The translations under genes and the position numbers were made by a program. Of a DNA stretch of 64,000 nt, positions 26,878 to 37,740 are shown one piece after another. Origin of the DNA: a bacterium (GTDB taxonomy: Bacteria > UBA8248); NCBI GenBank assembly GCA_965204535.1, contig CBDBEV010000001.1, forward strand, positions 1,440,001 to 1,504,000, in the 5' to 3' direction. Position 1 is the stretch's first letter, and each line of letters starts with the position of its first letter. Under the pieces are notes generated by a model, which saw nothing but the letters and a program-made list of their open reading frames with translations, searched no databases and had not been told where the DNA came from.

Positions 26878-28233
26878 TTGGCCACGGACCAAAAAGCAGG
26901 GAACGCGCAGGTTTTTCCCGAATACGAGAACCCCTTCGTCGGCCCGGACGCTCCCGACAGGCGGATGATCCAGCGCTGCATCCATTGCGGGTCCTGCGTG
27001 ACGAGCTGTCCCACCTTCACGCTGCTCGGCAGCGAGATGGACTCCCCGCGCGGGAGAATCTATATCATGCGCATGGTGGCGGACGGGGAGATGGCGCCCG
27101 ACGAGTCGGTGATGAAACACCTCGATCGCTGCCTGGACTGCCGCGCCTGCGAGACGGCGTGTCCGTCGGGCGTGCCCTACGGCTCCCTGATAGAGGCGGC
27201 GCGGGAAGGGCTCGAAAAAATCAGAAAACGCTCCTTCCCGGTGCGGATATTCAGAAGATTTCTTTTCCGCTGGCTTTTGCCGAGCAGGACGCTGCTCAAT
27301 CTGGCGGGCATGGCCACCCGTCTGTACCAGACCACGTTTTTGAAAAACGTGGTGAGGGGGCTGGGTCTTTTGCCAAAAAAGCTGGCGGAACTCGAGCCAC
27401 TGATGCCAGAGGCCCCGCCCGTGTCCTCGATGAGGGCCCTTCCTGCGGAAGTCGCGCCCATCGGGGATGAGAAACACCGCGTCGCCTTCTTCGGCGGGTG
27501 TATTCAGTCCATCCTGTTCGGCGACGTGAACCGGGCCGCCGTACGCGCCCTGGCGGCGAACGGGGTGCGCGTCGTGTTTCCCGCCTCACAGACGTGCTGC
27601 GGCGCGCTGCAGGCGCACGCCGGGGACAGGGCAGCGGCGAGAATCCTGGCGCGCAAGAACCTGGACGCCATCGACGCGGAAGAGTTCGACGCCGTCGTCC
27701 TCGCCGGCGCAGGCTGCGGGGCCACGCTCCATGAATACAGGGATCTGCTCGCGGAGGATCCCGTCTACGCGAGTCACGCTGCGGCATTCAGCGAGAAGGC
27801 GATGGACGTCACCGTTTTTCTATCCAGAATCGGCCTAAGAGAAGCGAACCACCCCGAGCCCCAAAAAATCGCGTATCACCACCCGTGCCACCTGTTTCAC
27901 GCGCTCAAGGTCCGCAAGGAGCCGCTCGAAGTTCTCTCCGCGATCCGAAACCTGGAGATTGCGCCCCTCGAGGAGAGCGACTGGTGCTGCGGCTCCGCCG
28001 GCAGCTACAATCTCACGCAGACGGAGATTTCCATGCAGCTTCTCGACAGGAAGATGGGGCACGTGAAAGACTCCGAAGCGCCTGTGGTCTGTACGGGCAA
28101 TCCCGGTTGTCAGATCCAGATCGCGTTCGGCGCGCGTAAGCGGGACATGGACCTCCGGGTGGTGCATCCCGTCGTCCTGCTGGATGAGGCGTATGAGGCG
28201 GAAGGCGTATATCAAGGCGCGGTGCTTCCATGA
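26878..28233 (+). CDS. glcF: Glycolate oxidase iron-sulfur subunit GlcF
   Basis: CIHCGSC...CPT, SPRGRI, CLDCRACETACPSGV; two CCG domains. Confidence 0.9.
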   Translation: MATDQKAGNAQVFPEYENPFVGPDAPDRRMIQRCIHCGSCVTSCPTFTLLGSEMDSPRGRIYIMRMVADGEMAPDESVMKHLDRCLDCRACETACPSGVPYGSLIEAAREGLEKIRKRSFPVRIFRRFLFRWLLPSRTLLNLAGMATRLYQTTFLKNVVRGLGLLPKKLAELEPLMPEAPPVSSMRALPAEVAPIGDEKHRVAFFGGCIQSILFGDVNRAAVRALAANGVRVVFPASQTCCGALQAHAGDRAAARILARKNLDAIDAEEFDAVVLAGAGCGATLHEYRDLLAEDPVYASHAAAFSEKAMDVTVFLSRIGLREANHPEPQKIAYHHPCHLFHALKVRKEPLEVLSAIRNLEIAPLEESDWCCGSAGSYNLTQTEISMQLLDRKMGHVKDSEAPVVCTGNPGCQIQIAFGARKRDMDLRVVHPVVLLDEAYEAEGVYQGAVLP

Positions 28234-28514
28234 CATGTAAGCTGAGAGGAGCACGACCCCTGGAATCGGGCGCTCGCTCGCGGGAAATCTCCGCCGTAGT
28301 CTCCAGGTGGCCGATGCAGGCCAAGAGAACTTGAGGCCGGCCATGAAATCCGGAGTTCCGCTTATCCTCGTTTTCATCATCGCCGTCACCGGGATGGGAC
28401 ATCGGTGAAGGCTTAGGGCTCACTCCCGGCCTCCACGGCAAGCCGGGCCTCGCCGCGGCGGGAGCCGGGAATCGAGTCGCCCCCGCACGTACGCGGCGCG
28501 AACCGGCTGAGGTA

Positions 28515-29639
28515 GTGATGAGATCATCATTCGCATTGATTTTTCTCTGTATGTTCATCGCACTGACGGCGGCTGCGGGCGACGCTGCCGGAGAAGAAAC
28601 CGGCGCCGCCGTACAAGCCGGGGGTTATGCATCCCGCGCCGGCGCCGTTCTGGGGGTCTGGCGCCCGGCCCGGCCGGCGCATACGCCCGAGCACATGGCG
28701 CGGGCGGCGAACCGCTTCCTCCTGATGCTGAACAACGCCCAAAGACGCACCGCCCACTACGATCTGAACAGCCCCGAAAGAACCAGGTGGACCAATGCCC
28801 CGGCCCGCGGGGACGTCGGCGGCGTCGCGCTGGGCGACCTGAACGGCGCGCAGCTTCGCGCATTGCTGGATCTTCTCGCGTCGGTGCTGAGCGAGAAAGG
28901 TTATTACAGGATACGGGACGTCATGCTGGGTGATGACCTGCGCGCCGTGATCGACGGCAGGAGAAATACGGGGGTCGGGATCGAGGCGTTTCGTTTCTCT
29001 GTTTTCGGCGAGCCGTCGGCAACGTCGCGCTGGGCGCTGCAATTGGACGGGCATCATGTCGCGCTGAACATCACGCTAGATGGCGATGCCTGGTCCATGT
29101 CGCCGAGCTTCATCGGCACGTATCCACAGTCATTCTTAGTCGCGGGAGCGCAAATGCGGCCGCTGGCCGCGCAGACGGACCTTGCATTTGAATTCGTGAA
29201 CAGCCTGACGCCTGAGCAACGGAGCCTGGCCGTGATCGGCGTACGGCGAGGCGCCTTGCGGGTCGGAGCCGGCCGGGACGGCGTCGTGCCGGAGCCTGCC
29301 GGCATGCGCTGCGATGCGCTGAACGGAGCGCAGAAGAAAAAGCTTCTCGCCCTGGCCTCGCAGTGGTTCGATCTCATGCCGCCGCGCCATGCGCGAACGC
29401 AGAAGAAGCGGTTTCTCAATGCGCTCGATAAGACGTGGTTCTCCTGGAGCGGACCGCTTGCGGCCGGAAGCGATGTTTCCTGGGCCATACAGGGGCCGTC
29501 CGTCATCATGGAATATGCGAACGACGCGCGGGGAGGCAGCAGCGGGGGCAACCCTGCGGATCACGTGCACACGATCTACCGCGACCTGGAGCGCGAATAC
29601 GGCGGCGGGCTCCTCAACCGTCCCCGTTCACGTCGGTAG
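28515..29639 (+). CDS. DUF3500 domain secreted protein
   Basis: Signal peptide; FGEPS..W..QLDGHHVALN, IQGP..IMEY, HVHTIYRD. Confidence 0.8.
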   Translation: MMRSSFALIFLCMFIALTAAAGDAAGEETGAAVQAGGYASRAGAVLGVWRPARPAHTPEHMARAANRFLLMLNNAQRRTAHYDLNSPERTRWTNAPARGDVGGVALGDLNGAQLRALLDLLASVLSEKGYYRIRDVMLGDDLRAVIDGRRNTGVGIEAFRFSVFGEPSATSRWALQLDGHHVALNITLDGDAWSMSPSFIGTYPQSFLVAGAQMRPLAAQTDLAFEFVNSLTPEQRSLAVIGVRRGALRVGAGRDGVVPEPAGMRCDALNGAQKKKLLALASQWFDLMPPRHARTQKKRFLNALDKTWFSWSGPLAAGSDVSWAIQGPSVIMEYANDARGGSSGGNPADHVHTIYRDLEREYGGGLLNRPRSRR

Positions 29640-29953
29640 GCGGGGATTAGAGGTGACAGCATCAGGGAGCAGTGGTGTAGGGAAAACGCCACAAGGAGTC
29701 GAGTCGTGTGCTTTCGTCCTGCGTGCGGTCCCCGCCCTTCGGGCGTCGCCGCCCAAGGAGATGGCGTCGTAGCGGCGCTTGAGCGAACCAACCGGGCCGC
29801 GTCCGGGAGCACGCTTCGCATCGTCATATGAACCTGTTCTGCAGGACGCCTGATGGCGGGCGACAATTTACTCACGATCCACGAATAACCGGCAACGCCA
29901 CAATGGGGTATGTCCGGTTCTTTTTGCAGGCAACGACCGCGTGTCTTTGGGTG

Positions 29954-29981
29954 TTCCCGGCTCAGCCGACTGAGCCGGGAA
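29954..29981. other. Perfect 12-bp stem hairpin in degraded intergenic DNA
   Basis: ttcccggctcag-ccga-ctgagccgggaa. Confidence 0.6.
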
Positions 29982-30059
29982 TGCGACCCTCGAACACAAT
30001 GGCAAATTGGCGCATCGCAGCGCTCCACTCAAAAGGGCGGCACCAACGGACCCCGTCTC

Positions 30060-30306
30060 CAAGTGCCGGAAAGTGCTTCTCGCCACGGGCGTGTACACGA
30101 ATACCAACCAGTACGAACAGCCATCCCAGCTCCCCGAAAGAAAATATGGTGTCAGTCTCGTTATGATTCCGGCCCTGGAGGCCGAGTTGACATTAAACGC
30201 TCAGAAAGCGTCAGGCCAGGTGTGGCCATGCAAGTATGATGGACAACCCTTCAGCACGGCATCTCTGGCGTTCTCGGAAAGTTGGAGAGAGCGCGCTGAG
30301 AGTTGA
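30060..30306 (+). pseudogene. Possible remnant of an FAD-dependent (DAO/sarcosine oxidase-like) oxidoreductase
   Basis: RKVLLATGVYTN resembles the ATG motif; no start or Rossmann motif found. Confidence 0.3.
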
Positions 30307-31174
30307 TGCCGCTTCATATCACCAGACCTCAGGAGAGGGGCTAACCCCTCCAAGCCCTGATTTTCGCAGAGTTGAACACCCCGCCGGCATGCAACCGAGG
30401 TCCCGGGGTGGCGGAGAGACCGGCCTCCACGGATTTGGATAACGCTTCGGCCCGGTGCACGATCCAGTGATGGAATCGGATGGAGGACGTTTTGTTTTCG
30501 GCGCGGTTGAGCCCGTTTCCAGACTGCCCCCGGTCAACGGCGTAGAGCCCCGACTTGTGCCCCGATTCTCCGAGGTCGAACAGCAAAACGAACCGCAACC
30601 TTTACGGGACGCGGGTTCACTGTCCGTTGACCGTCCGCTTCCGATCTTGATCAAACCGGCGCTGCGGGTTGGTTCATTCTCAAGGGCGCGTAGGTTGAAT
30701 CTGCGGTTTTCATGCGTGTGTGCCCGAATCGGCGCGCTTCAAGGGGAAAGGAGCGGCGACGCGCCCCGGCGTATGATATCCGTCTCGAACGGCCACCAGG
30801 GTGAAGCTCCGCTGCATGGACAACGGCCAGCGGAAGAAGGATATCGTTCCCGGCCGAGGAATGGGGATTGCGCGCGCGCGACGGCAACCCCTGTCTCGGC
30901 ATCTCCAAGAGTCCGCGGAAGCGCATCGCCCGGTTCATCGATGTGGACAAACTGGCGCTGCTCGGGCGCGCGGCTGGCAATGTACCCGCTGTCGGGCGGA
31001 CCCGGATGGGCTTGTCTTTGAACAGGTGTATGTCAAGACGCGCGAATCGTTTAGCCGGCGTCACCGGCGAAGCTGATGCCGACCCGCAACGCGGACTCGG
31101 CGCCTACCCACAGCGAAAACGCCGACCTGAGGTTCGTCGGAACGCGCCGGTCCTTGCTGTCCCCGGTACGGACT

Positions 31175-33895
31175 TCAGAATTTCTTCTGCAAGCCGAGCG
31201 AGACACCGTTGCTTCGGCTTTCGCTCTCGTATTCCAGGCCGAAGGCGAATTGCGTGTTTTCTCCAAAGGGCAGGGAATACCCCAGGGCGTAAGTCGTCGC
31301 CGGCCGGCTGCGCAAGCCGATCTCGATCCGGCGACGCTCGAGCGACTGCGAGCGCCCGAGATAGAACGCTTCGGCAAAACCGGCCCCGGTCGCGACGACG
31401 TGGCTGATCCGGGCCCGTCCGCCGCGGATCCCCATTCCCTGACGGGTCGAAAAACGCAGCCTGTCGTTGTTCCGGAATACGCCGCGCCCCTCGATTCCCG
31501 CCGAGCGGCCCGCCGCCCGCAGCCCGGATATGCCGGACAGCATGCCGCCGCTCACGGACACCTTTCCGGCGGCGTGTTCGTAACCCAGGAACACGCGCCA
31601 GTTATCGCCCAGCGCCCTCGACAACAACAACCGGCCCTGGCGGGTCGCGGTCCGGGCGTTTCCCAGCGCGCCGGGGTGCGCCCCCCAGAAGCTGCGGTTT
31701 TCATTGATGTGGGAGACCTCGGCCACGAGGCCGAAACCGCCGCGGCTCATGCGCCACTGCAGGCCGAGCTGCCACCACGGCGTCCGGCTATGGTTGTTTC
31801 CGTCGAGCGCGGCGAACGGCCGCACGCCGGCACCCTGCCCCTCAAAGGCGAACGAGCCCCCGGCGTCGGCGAAGAAGGGGGCGGCGACCGACGGGCCGGT
31901 GGCGTCGAACGCGTCCCATTCCCGCCAGGGGGATTGTTCGCACCCATCGCACAGGCCGTAGCGGAACCGCACTGCGCCCAGCAAGTCGTCCGAATAAACC
32001 GAGCCCGCCGAGCGAACCCCGCCGGTTTCCGGGTCGGTCGTGACGAACGCGCCATGGGCTTCATGGTAATGGCCATCCGTCGGCGCGAACATGCTCGCCG
32101 CCGCGCGGGTATGCGCCGGGAATCTCCTGCCGCCTCCCCTGACGTCGACGATGCGCGAGAGCGCCATGTTGTAATACGCCCCGCGGACGCCGCCCACCGC
32201 GACAGGGACGGCTTTCAGCCCGGCGCCCACATGGGCGAGCGCCGGTGACAGGGTGATGCGGGCGTCGCGCAACCCGAACGACCGCGTCGTTCCGGCGACC
32301 GAATACGGCAGGCGGACCGTCCCCTGCATGGCGATGGCCCTCCCCAGGTTCAGCCGCCCCCAGCCGTATACCGGGTCCGGCTCGTCGCGATCAGTCAGCC
32401 GCGTTCCCATCGGGTCCGCGGAATAGAGCAGCACGGCCTGCACCACCTCCATCGGCAGGCTGGGCAGCCGGCTCTTGAGCACGGCCAGCGCCCCGCTCAC
32501 CATCGGGGCGGCGAAAGAGGTGCCATCGAGCGCCTCGTCGGGGCCGACCCTGAGACCCTGTCCCGGCGCGAACAGGCACCAGTTCCGTGCCTCGCCGCAC
32601 CCGTTGGAAAACCGCGCGATCCTGCCGTTCCCGTCCAGCGCCCCGACCACCAGCCATTTCCCCAGCAGTCCGGGCTGGAACAGCGGCGCCACCGCCCATC
32701 CCCCGATGGAGTTATAATCGGCGCAGTCGCCGCCCCCGCAGTCCGTTCCCCACATCTCCCTGAAAGAGATCGTGGGGCCGTCCCTGTCGCCATCCTTGCC
32801 CTCATGCAGCCAACTGAAATTCTTCATGAAGTCCTGGGCGGTGAAGGTCAGGTCGCCCAGCAGGCAGCCGTCCTCGCCGATGTAGTTCTTGCCGCACATG
32901 TGAACCCTGTTGTTGATGGAGTTCCAGCTCTCGTTGCCGGCCGCCCACACCGCCACGATATCCTGGTTCTCGAGTACTCTCGCGGTAGCGGCGAAATCCC
33001 CATGGAGGAAACTGCCGGTTCCCAGACCCCTCTCCATAAGCGGCCGGAACAGCGGCTTGCCCGGGGCCAGCCATACGCCGTCCCTGCCGGCGTACTTCCC
33101 GTAGTACCACTCCGACAGCCCGATGCTGAAGTTGAGCACTTGCGCCCCGTTGGCGACCGCGTGTTCCATCGCCTGCACAGGCTGTCCGCCGCCGGCGAGC
33201 TGTATCGGCATGATCGAGGCCCGCGGCGCGACGCCGTGGACGTTGTAGGTGGGGATCGCACCGCCGCCGGCGGCCCTTATCTCGAAAGTCCCCGCGGTAT
33301 TGTCCCTCGCCCCCGCGGCGAGCAGGGCGACATAGGTGCCGTGCCCTGTTCCAGGAGCCCCCGCCCGGCCCGGCTCGAACACGTTGGCGTTTCGGTTGCG
33401 CACGTGACGCGGCGCCCTGATCCTGCCCGCCAGATCGGGGTGCGTGGGGTCCAGGCCGTCGTCCGCCACCGCGATGGTAACGTCCTGGCCGAAATAGCCG
33501 CGCTGGTAGGCCCCGTCCGCGGAGATGGCCGCCAATCCGTGATGGCGCATGAACTCCGGGCTCCGGTAGTCCCGGCCGTCCGAAGGGCGCGGGGCGCCGA
33601 GTTCCGTGGAGCGGAACGCGAGGGCGACCGGATTCGAGCCGGCAGGCGCCGCCGGGCCGCCGCCGGGCGGGCCGCCGCCGGACGGGTCGCCGCCGCAGCC
33701 AATCGTCCCGAGGTGGACGCAGGCCAGAAGCAGCAGACACAGCGCGAACCGAAGGACCTCCCGAGGGTGGCGGGGCACGCCGTTCACGGAATCCGCCGCG
33801 GGTCCATGCTTCCGCCACATCTTCGAGAGGTGCGGTCTTAGGGGGCGGTTTTCGCACGAACGCCACAGGATGGCGGCAATGCCGGCGTAGTTCAT
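31175..33895 (-). CDS. S8 subtilase with C-terminal beta-barrel (autotransporter-like), possibly lipidated
   Basis: Triad motifs AVADDG, HGTYVA, GTSFAAP plus AAGN; GGAGG RBS before MNYAG; TIGC-GG lipobox-like site; ends LGLQKKF. Confidence 0.88.
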   Translation of the reverse strand: MNYAGIAAILWRSCENRPLRPHLSKMWRKHGPAADSVNGVPRHPREVLRFALCLLLLACVHLGTIGCGGDPSGGGPPGGGPAAPAGSNPVALAFRSTELGAPRPSDGRDYRSPEFMRHHGLAAISADGAYQRGYFGQDVTIAVADDGLDPTHPDLAGRIRAPRHVRNRNANVFEPGRAGAPGTGHGTYVALLAAGARDNTAGTFEIRAAGGGAIPTYNVHGVAPRASIMPIQLAGGGQPVQAMEHAVANGAQVLNFSIGLSEWYYGKYAGRDGVWLAPGKPLFRPLMERGLGTGSFLHGDFAATARVLENQDIVAVWAAGNESWNSINNRVHMCGKNYIGEDGCLLGDLTFTAQDFMKNFSWLHEGKDGDRDGPTISFREMWGTDCGGGDCADYNSIGGWAVAPLFQPGLLGKWLVVGALDGNGRIARFSNGCGEARNWCLFAPGQGLRVGPDEALDGTSFAAPMVSGALAVLKSRLPSLPMEVVQAVLLYSADPMGTRLTDRDEPDPVYGWGRLNLGRAIAMQGTVRLPYSVAGTTRSFGLRDARITLSPALAHVGAGLKAVPVAVGGVRGAYYNMALSRIVDVRGGGRRFPAHTRAAASMFAPTDGHYHEAHGAFVTTDPETGGVRSAGSVYSDDLLGAVRFRYGLCDGCEQSPWREWDAFDATGPSVAAPFFADAGGSFAFEGQGAGVRPFAALDGNNHSRTPWWQLGLQWRMSRGGFGLVAEVSHINENRSFWGAHPGALGNARTATRQGRLLLSRALGDNWRVFLGYEHAAGKVSVSGGMLSGISGLRAAGRSAGIEGRGVFRNNDRLRFSTRQGMGIRGGRARISHVVATGAGFAEAFYLGRSQSLERRRIEIGLRSRPATTYALGYSLPFGENTQFAFGLEYESESRSNGVSLGLQKKF

Positions 33896-34424
33896 TCCGA
33901 GACCTCCTATGCAAGACACATGGCCCGCGCTCATGACGCCCTGGGCATGCTCATGAGTGAACGTTCAGTAGAAATGCGTTTACGGGCGGCGCAAATGATT
34001 GTAGCAAAATCTTATATTTTTTTGTGTGTTGATTCGAATACTTTTTTCGCGTAGTTCCGGGTTTTTCGTCGTACCGGCAGGTCCCGATAAGCGCGAGCGA
34101 TGAAAAGAAACGACAAACCGGGGCGCGCGGCAGGGGCCGACGAACGGCGCACGTGGCAGCCCTGTGTGTATTTGGAGCCAGTCACCGCGCCTTGATGCGG
34201 TACATACTGCGGCCGAACATTGTCCGCGCAGCCGGCAGGGCCGGGAAAGCGGTCGCAAGCCGGGATTTGAGCCTTCGGCACCGGTTGCTCCAGCGAACCG
34301 GGCGATGAACTGACCCAGCCGGACGCGCGCGGTTTCGTCGCGCCAGCGGCCGGGAATGTCCTCGCCGAGAGGCCGCGCCACGCGGCCGCCTCAGACAGCC
34401 CCGATCCCGGATTTGTAACGGCCG

Positions 34425-34621
34425 AAGCCAGTAGCGCAACATGGACGCGACCCTGCGAAGCTACGACGCCGAACTTCCGCCAGATGGCCCCGCAGGGCGT
34501 TGATTGCCTGAGCGCGCTGGCGAACCAGCATCCACCGGGCCTGCTGCTCTTCCGTCTTCACCGCCATAAACCTCATGCTCGAGCGGGAGGCCGCCTCGCG
34601 GATCGCATCCGCATCCGCAGC
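34425..34621 (-). pseudogene. IS110-family transposase fragment
   Basis: AADADAIREAASRSSMRFMAVKTEEQQA...LVRQRAQAINALRGHLAE then frameshifted FGVVASQG. Confidence 0.8.
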
Positions 34622-34714
34622 GCGGACGAGCCGCGTTGGTGAAATCCGGACAGTTGTGGAACCTCGTGAAACCTGCGCCTCGAAGCGGTGTGGCCGGAGT
34701 TCGAGCGGGGCGTG

Positions 34715-35314
34715 TCAGTCGAGGATCTGGAAATGCGCTTCGGTCGGCTCGCGCGCCTCGCCGTTGACGGGCAGGATGTCCTGCGGGCAGGCGGAGAAGA
34801 CGACGACGACGTCGAGATTGGCCTCGAACAGCACGTGGTCGCCCGCTTTCGAGACCGGCGCGGCAAATTCGAGGTTGCCGTCCGCCTCCCAAGGGATGTT
34901 CATGAACAGGTTGAGCGGCGAGGGCGTCTCGGGCGGCGTCAGTCCGAGTTCGTAGAGGGCTGCGGCCAGATTGTCGGTGCAGTTGTCGTGGTATTCCGTG
35001 CAGCCGAGCAGGCCGTAGCGGTAGTCGTCACATGCGGCGATCAACGTGTCGTGAACGCCGGGCGAGGTGTCCTCGACGAGCGTCAGGATGGGACGGCGGC
35101 GGTTGCTGTAGAGTGCATCGCCCACCTCAGGGCGCATCTTCGTCAGGGTTGCGCGGGTATGCTCCATCGACATGAACTCGCGCAGGTCGCGCTGCGTGAA
35201 GGCCCATGTGTCCACGACCTGCGCGCCGTGGGTGTTGACGACCTTGATCTTCTGGCCCCTGGCGACCGGAGCGGCCCTGCCGCATCGCGCCGGAATCGTC
35301 TGCAGCCCGGACAT
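34715..35314 (-). CDS. DUF1989 urea-carboxylase-associated family protein
   Basis: G.QVVD.WAF, LYSN..RP.LT.VEDT...HD....AC, H.NC..NL, PLNLFMN, SACPQ. Confidence 0.88.
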   Translation of the reverse strand: MSGLQTIPARCGRAAPVARGQKIKVVNTHGAQVVDTWAFTQRDLREFMSMEHTRATLTKMRPEVGDALYSNRRRPILTLVEDTSPGVHDTLIAACDDYRYGLLGCTEYHDNCTDNLAAALYELGLTPPETPSPLNLFMNIPWEADGNLEFAAPVSKAGDHVLFEANLDVVVVFSACPQDILPVNGEAREPTEAHFQILD

Positions 35315-35403
35315 GACCTGCCTCCCGTGATGGATGGGAACGCCAACATAACCCCCGCGTCGCGGCGGCGTCAAGGCATCGCGGCGCCTCCGGCGCTCCG
35401 GGT

Positions 35404-35432
35404 TTGACAGGCGCCGGGGAGTGCACTAGATT
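35404..35432 (+). promoter_or_regulatory. Sigma70-type promoter of the ABC operon
   Basis: TTGACA-17 nt-TAGATT. Confidence 0.6.
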
Positions 35433-35526
35433 TCGAGGGCGAGGCCGTCATAGGCGCTCGCTGAGGCTTTATTCCATTCCGCGCCGGCGGAGCCGGCGCA
35501 ACGCATGAGAGGGGAGGATCGGGGCA

Positions 35527-36381
35527 TTGACTTCATTCAAACGGGCGTGGGCGGTCGCATTCGCGGTTGCCGTGGCGGCGAGTCTTGGCTTTTCCGGCGG
35601 TCCGGCCAGGGCGGATCTCCTCTCCGATATCAAGAAACGAGGCGAATTCATTGTCGGGACCGAGGCCCGGTTCCCACCGTTCGAGTTTGTCAAAGACGGC
35701 AGGATCGTGGGCTACTCGACAGACATCATGGCGCACGTCATGAAGGCGTTGCCGGGGGTCAGGCTGACCCGGCTCGATCTTCCCTGGCAGGGAATACTTC
35801 CCGGCCTGTCGGCGGCCAAGTTCGACTACGTCGTCACCTCCGTGACCGTCACCAGGGCGCGCTACGAGAAGTACGCGCTGAGCCTGCCGGTCGCCGACGC
35901 GACGATGGCGCTGGTCAAGCGCAAGGGCGACGATTCGATCAGGGCGCCTGAGGACATCGCCGGGCACGTGGTGGGCTCACAGGCGGGCTCGGCGCAGTTG
36001 CAGGCCCTCCAGGCTTTCGCCGGTAAGCTCAAGGGCGCAGGCAAGGGGGTCAAGGGGATCAAGACCTACGTCGATTTCAACGAGGCCTTCGCCGATCTGG
36101 CGGCAGGAAGGATCAGCGCCGTCTGCAACAGCCTGCCGAACCTGCTGGATCTCGTTCGCAAGCGGCCGGACAGGTTCGAGATGGTGCTGCCGACATTCGG
36201 TCCCAAGAAGTATTTCAGCTGGGCCGGGCGCAAGGACGCCAACAGCGCTTCGCTGGTCGCCTTCATGAATGAGCAGCTCGCCAAGCTCAACAGGGCGGGT
36301 GTGCTGACCGCGCTGCAGAAGAAGTGGTTCGGCGGGCCCATGGAGTTGCCGTCCGACAAGCTGCCGGTGCCGCACGACTAG
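35527..36381 (+). CDS. Polar amino acid ABC transporter substrate-binding protein
   Basis: Signal peptide; VGTEARFPPFEF, WQGILPGL...KFD, L.AGRI.A, QKKWFG. Confidence 0.9.
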   Translation: MTSFKRAWAVAFAVAVAASLGFSGGPARADLLSDIKKRGEFIVGTEARFPPFEFVKDGRIVGYSTDIMAHVMKALPGVRLTRLDLPWQGILPGLSAAKFDYVVTSVTVTRARYEKYALSLPVADATMALVKRKGDDSIRAPEDIAGHVVGSQAGSAQLQALQAFAGKLKGAGKGVKGIKTYVDFNEAFADLAAGRISAVCNSLPNLLDLVRKRPDRFEMVLPTFGPKKYFSWAGRKDANSASLVAFMNEQLAKLNRAGVLTALQKKWFGGPMELPSDKLPVPHD

Positions 36382-36411
36382 GCGCCGGCCGGTAATCGAC
36401 GGGTCCCGCCG

Positions 36412-37065
36412 GTGGATTTTTCTGGCGTCATTTCGAACCACTATGGTGCGTTCCTCGCCGGGGCGGGGATGACCGTCACGGTTTCGGCGGTCTCCATCGC
36501 CGCCGGCATGGTCATGGGTCTCGGGCTCAGTTTCGGCCTGATCTCCCGGAGACGGTCGATCCGGCGGCCCTCGGCCGCCTACCGGAGCGTCTGGCGAGGG
36601 ACGCCCATCCTGGTGCAGTTGCTGATCGTCTTCTACCTGCTGCCGGAGATCGGCCTCGACGTGCCGCCGGTCGCCGCGGCGATAATCGCGCTGGCGATGA
36701 ACACCGCGGCGTTTCAGGCCGAGATATTCCGGGGCGGCCTGTTGTCCATCCCGCCAGGTCAGGTCGAGGCCGCGCGCATGCTCGGGATCGGCATGCCGGC
36801 CATCCGGGTCAGGATCCTGATTCCACAGATGATGCGCCTGGTCCTGCCGGCGCTCGTCAACGAGACCATCAGCATCCTCAAGAACTCCTCGCTGATCTCG
36901 GTGATCGCGGTGACCGAACTCATGCGCACCAGCCAGCAGGTGGTGTCCGTCACGTACCGGCCGCTGGAAGCCTACATGATCGCGGCCCTCATATACCTCG
37001 CCATGAACCTGGTGCTGGCCCGCGCCGGGGCCTGGTTCGAGAGGCGCTACGCGGCGGCGCGCTAG
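36412..37065 (+). CDS. Amino acid ABC transporter permease
   Basis: [29 protein letters not shown]. Confidence 0.92.
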   Translation: MDFSGVISNHYGAFLAGAGMTVTVSAVSIAAGMVMGLGLSFGLISRRRSIRRPSAAYRSVWRGTPILVQLLIVFYLLPEIGLDVPPVAAAIIALAMNTAAFQAEIFRGGLLSIPPGQVEAARMLGIGMPAIRVRILIPQMMRLVLPALVNETISILKNSSLISVIAVTELMRTSQQVVSVTYRPLEAYMIAALIYLAMNLVLARAGAWFERRYAAAR

Positions 37066-37083
37066 CCGCTCAAGGGGGAAACC

Positions 37084-37740
37084 GTGTCGTTCGACATCGA
37101 CATCATGTTCCGATACGGCCCGCTGTTGCTGTCGGGATTGTGGACGACGGTCTATGTCTGCGCGCTGGCGTCGCTTCTGGCCGTCGCCGCCGGTCTCGGG
37201 GTTGCGGTGCTCTACGGCCTGCCGATGCGCCCCGTGAAGCTGCTGTGCCGGGCCTACATCGAGGTTATGCGCGGGACCCCGATACTGACCCTGTTGTTCA
37301 TCCTCTACTACGGGGGGCCTTCGTTCGGCCTCACCCTGGATGCCGAACCGGTCGGGATCATCGGCCTCGGGCTCTACGGCGGGGGGTATTTCGCAGAAAT
37401 ATTCAGGGCCGGGTTCCAGTCCATCCCTGCGGGGCAGCTCGAGGCCGCGCGCATGCTCGGCATCCCGCGACGGCTGATCGTCGCCCGCATCCAGATCCCC
37501 CAGATGCTGACGCTGATCATCCCCCCGTCCACGAATCAGATCATCATCCTGGTCAAGGAATCGGCCCTCCTGTCGATCATCACCGTCGCCGAGCTGACGA
37601 AGAACACGACACAGATGGTCAACGAGACCTTCGCGGTGGTCGAGCCCTACGTGGCGGTCGCCCTGCTCTACTGGCTGATCATCGAGGGCATCGCGCTCAC
37701 CGGCGGGGTGCTCGAGCGCCGGTTCAGGTACGCATCATGA
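37084..37740 (+). CDS. Amino acid ABC transporter permease
   Basis: RGTPIL, AEIFRAG..SIP.GQ.EAA, KESAL. Confidence 0.92.
   Translation: MSFDIDIMFRYGPLLLSGLWTTVYVCALASLLAVAAGLGVAVLYGLPMRPVKLLCRAYIEVMRGTPILTLLFILYYGGPSFGLTLDAEPVGIIGLGLYGGGYFAEIFRAGFQSIPAGQLEAARMLGIPRRLIVARIQIPQMLTLIIPPSTNQIIILVKESALLSIITVAELTKNTTQMVNETFAVVEPYVAVALLYWLIIEGIALTGGVLERRFRYAS

Noticed and set aside
30651-31064. UvrD-like helicase remnant (MRFRGLLE)
   Set aside because: The resemblance is too weak and no other helicase motifs are present.
35315-35526. Guanidine riboswitch next to DUF1989
   Set aside because: No ykkC, mini-ykkC (ACGR loops) or ykkC-III consensus visible by eye; an Rfam scan would settle it.
37140-37736. 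N-terminal extension of the ABC ATPase ORF
   Set aside because: Overlaps the permease in another frame; the real start is at or after the ATGA overlap at 37737.
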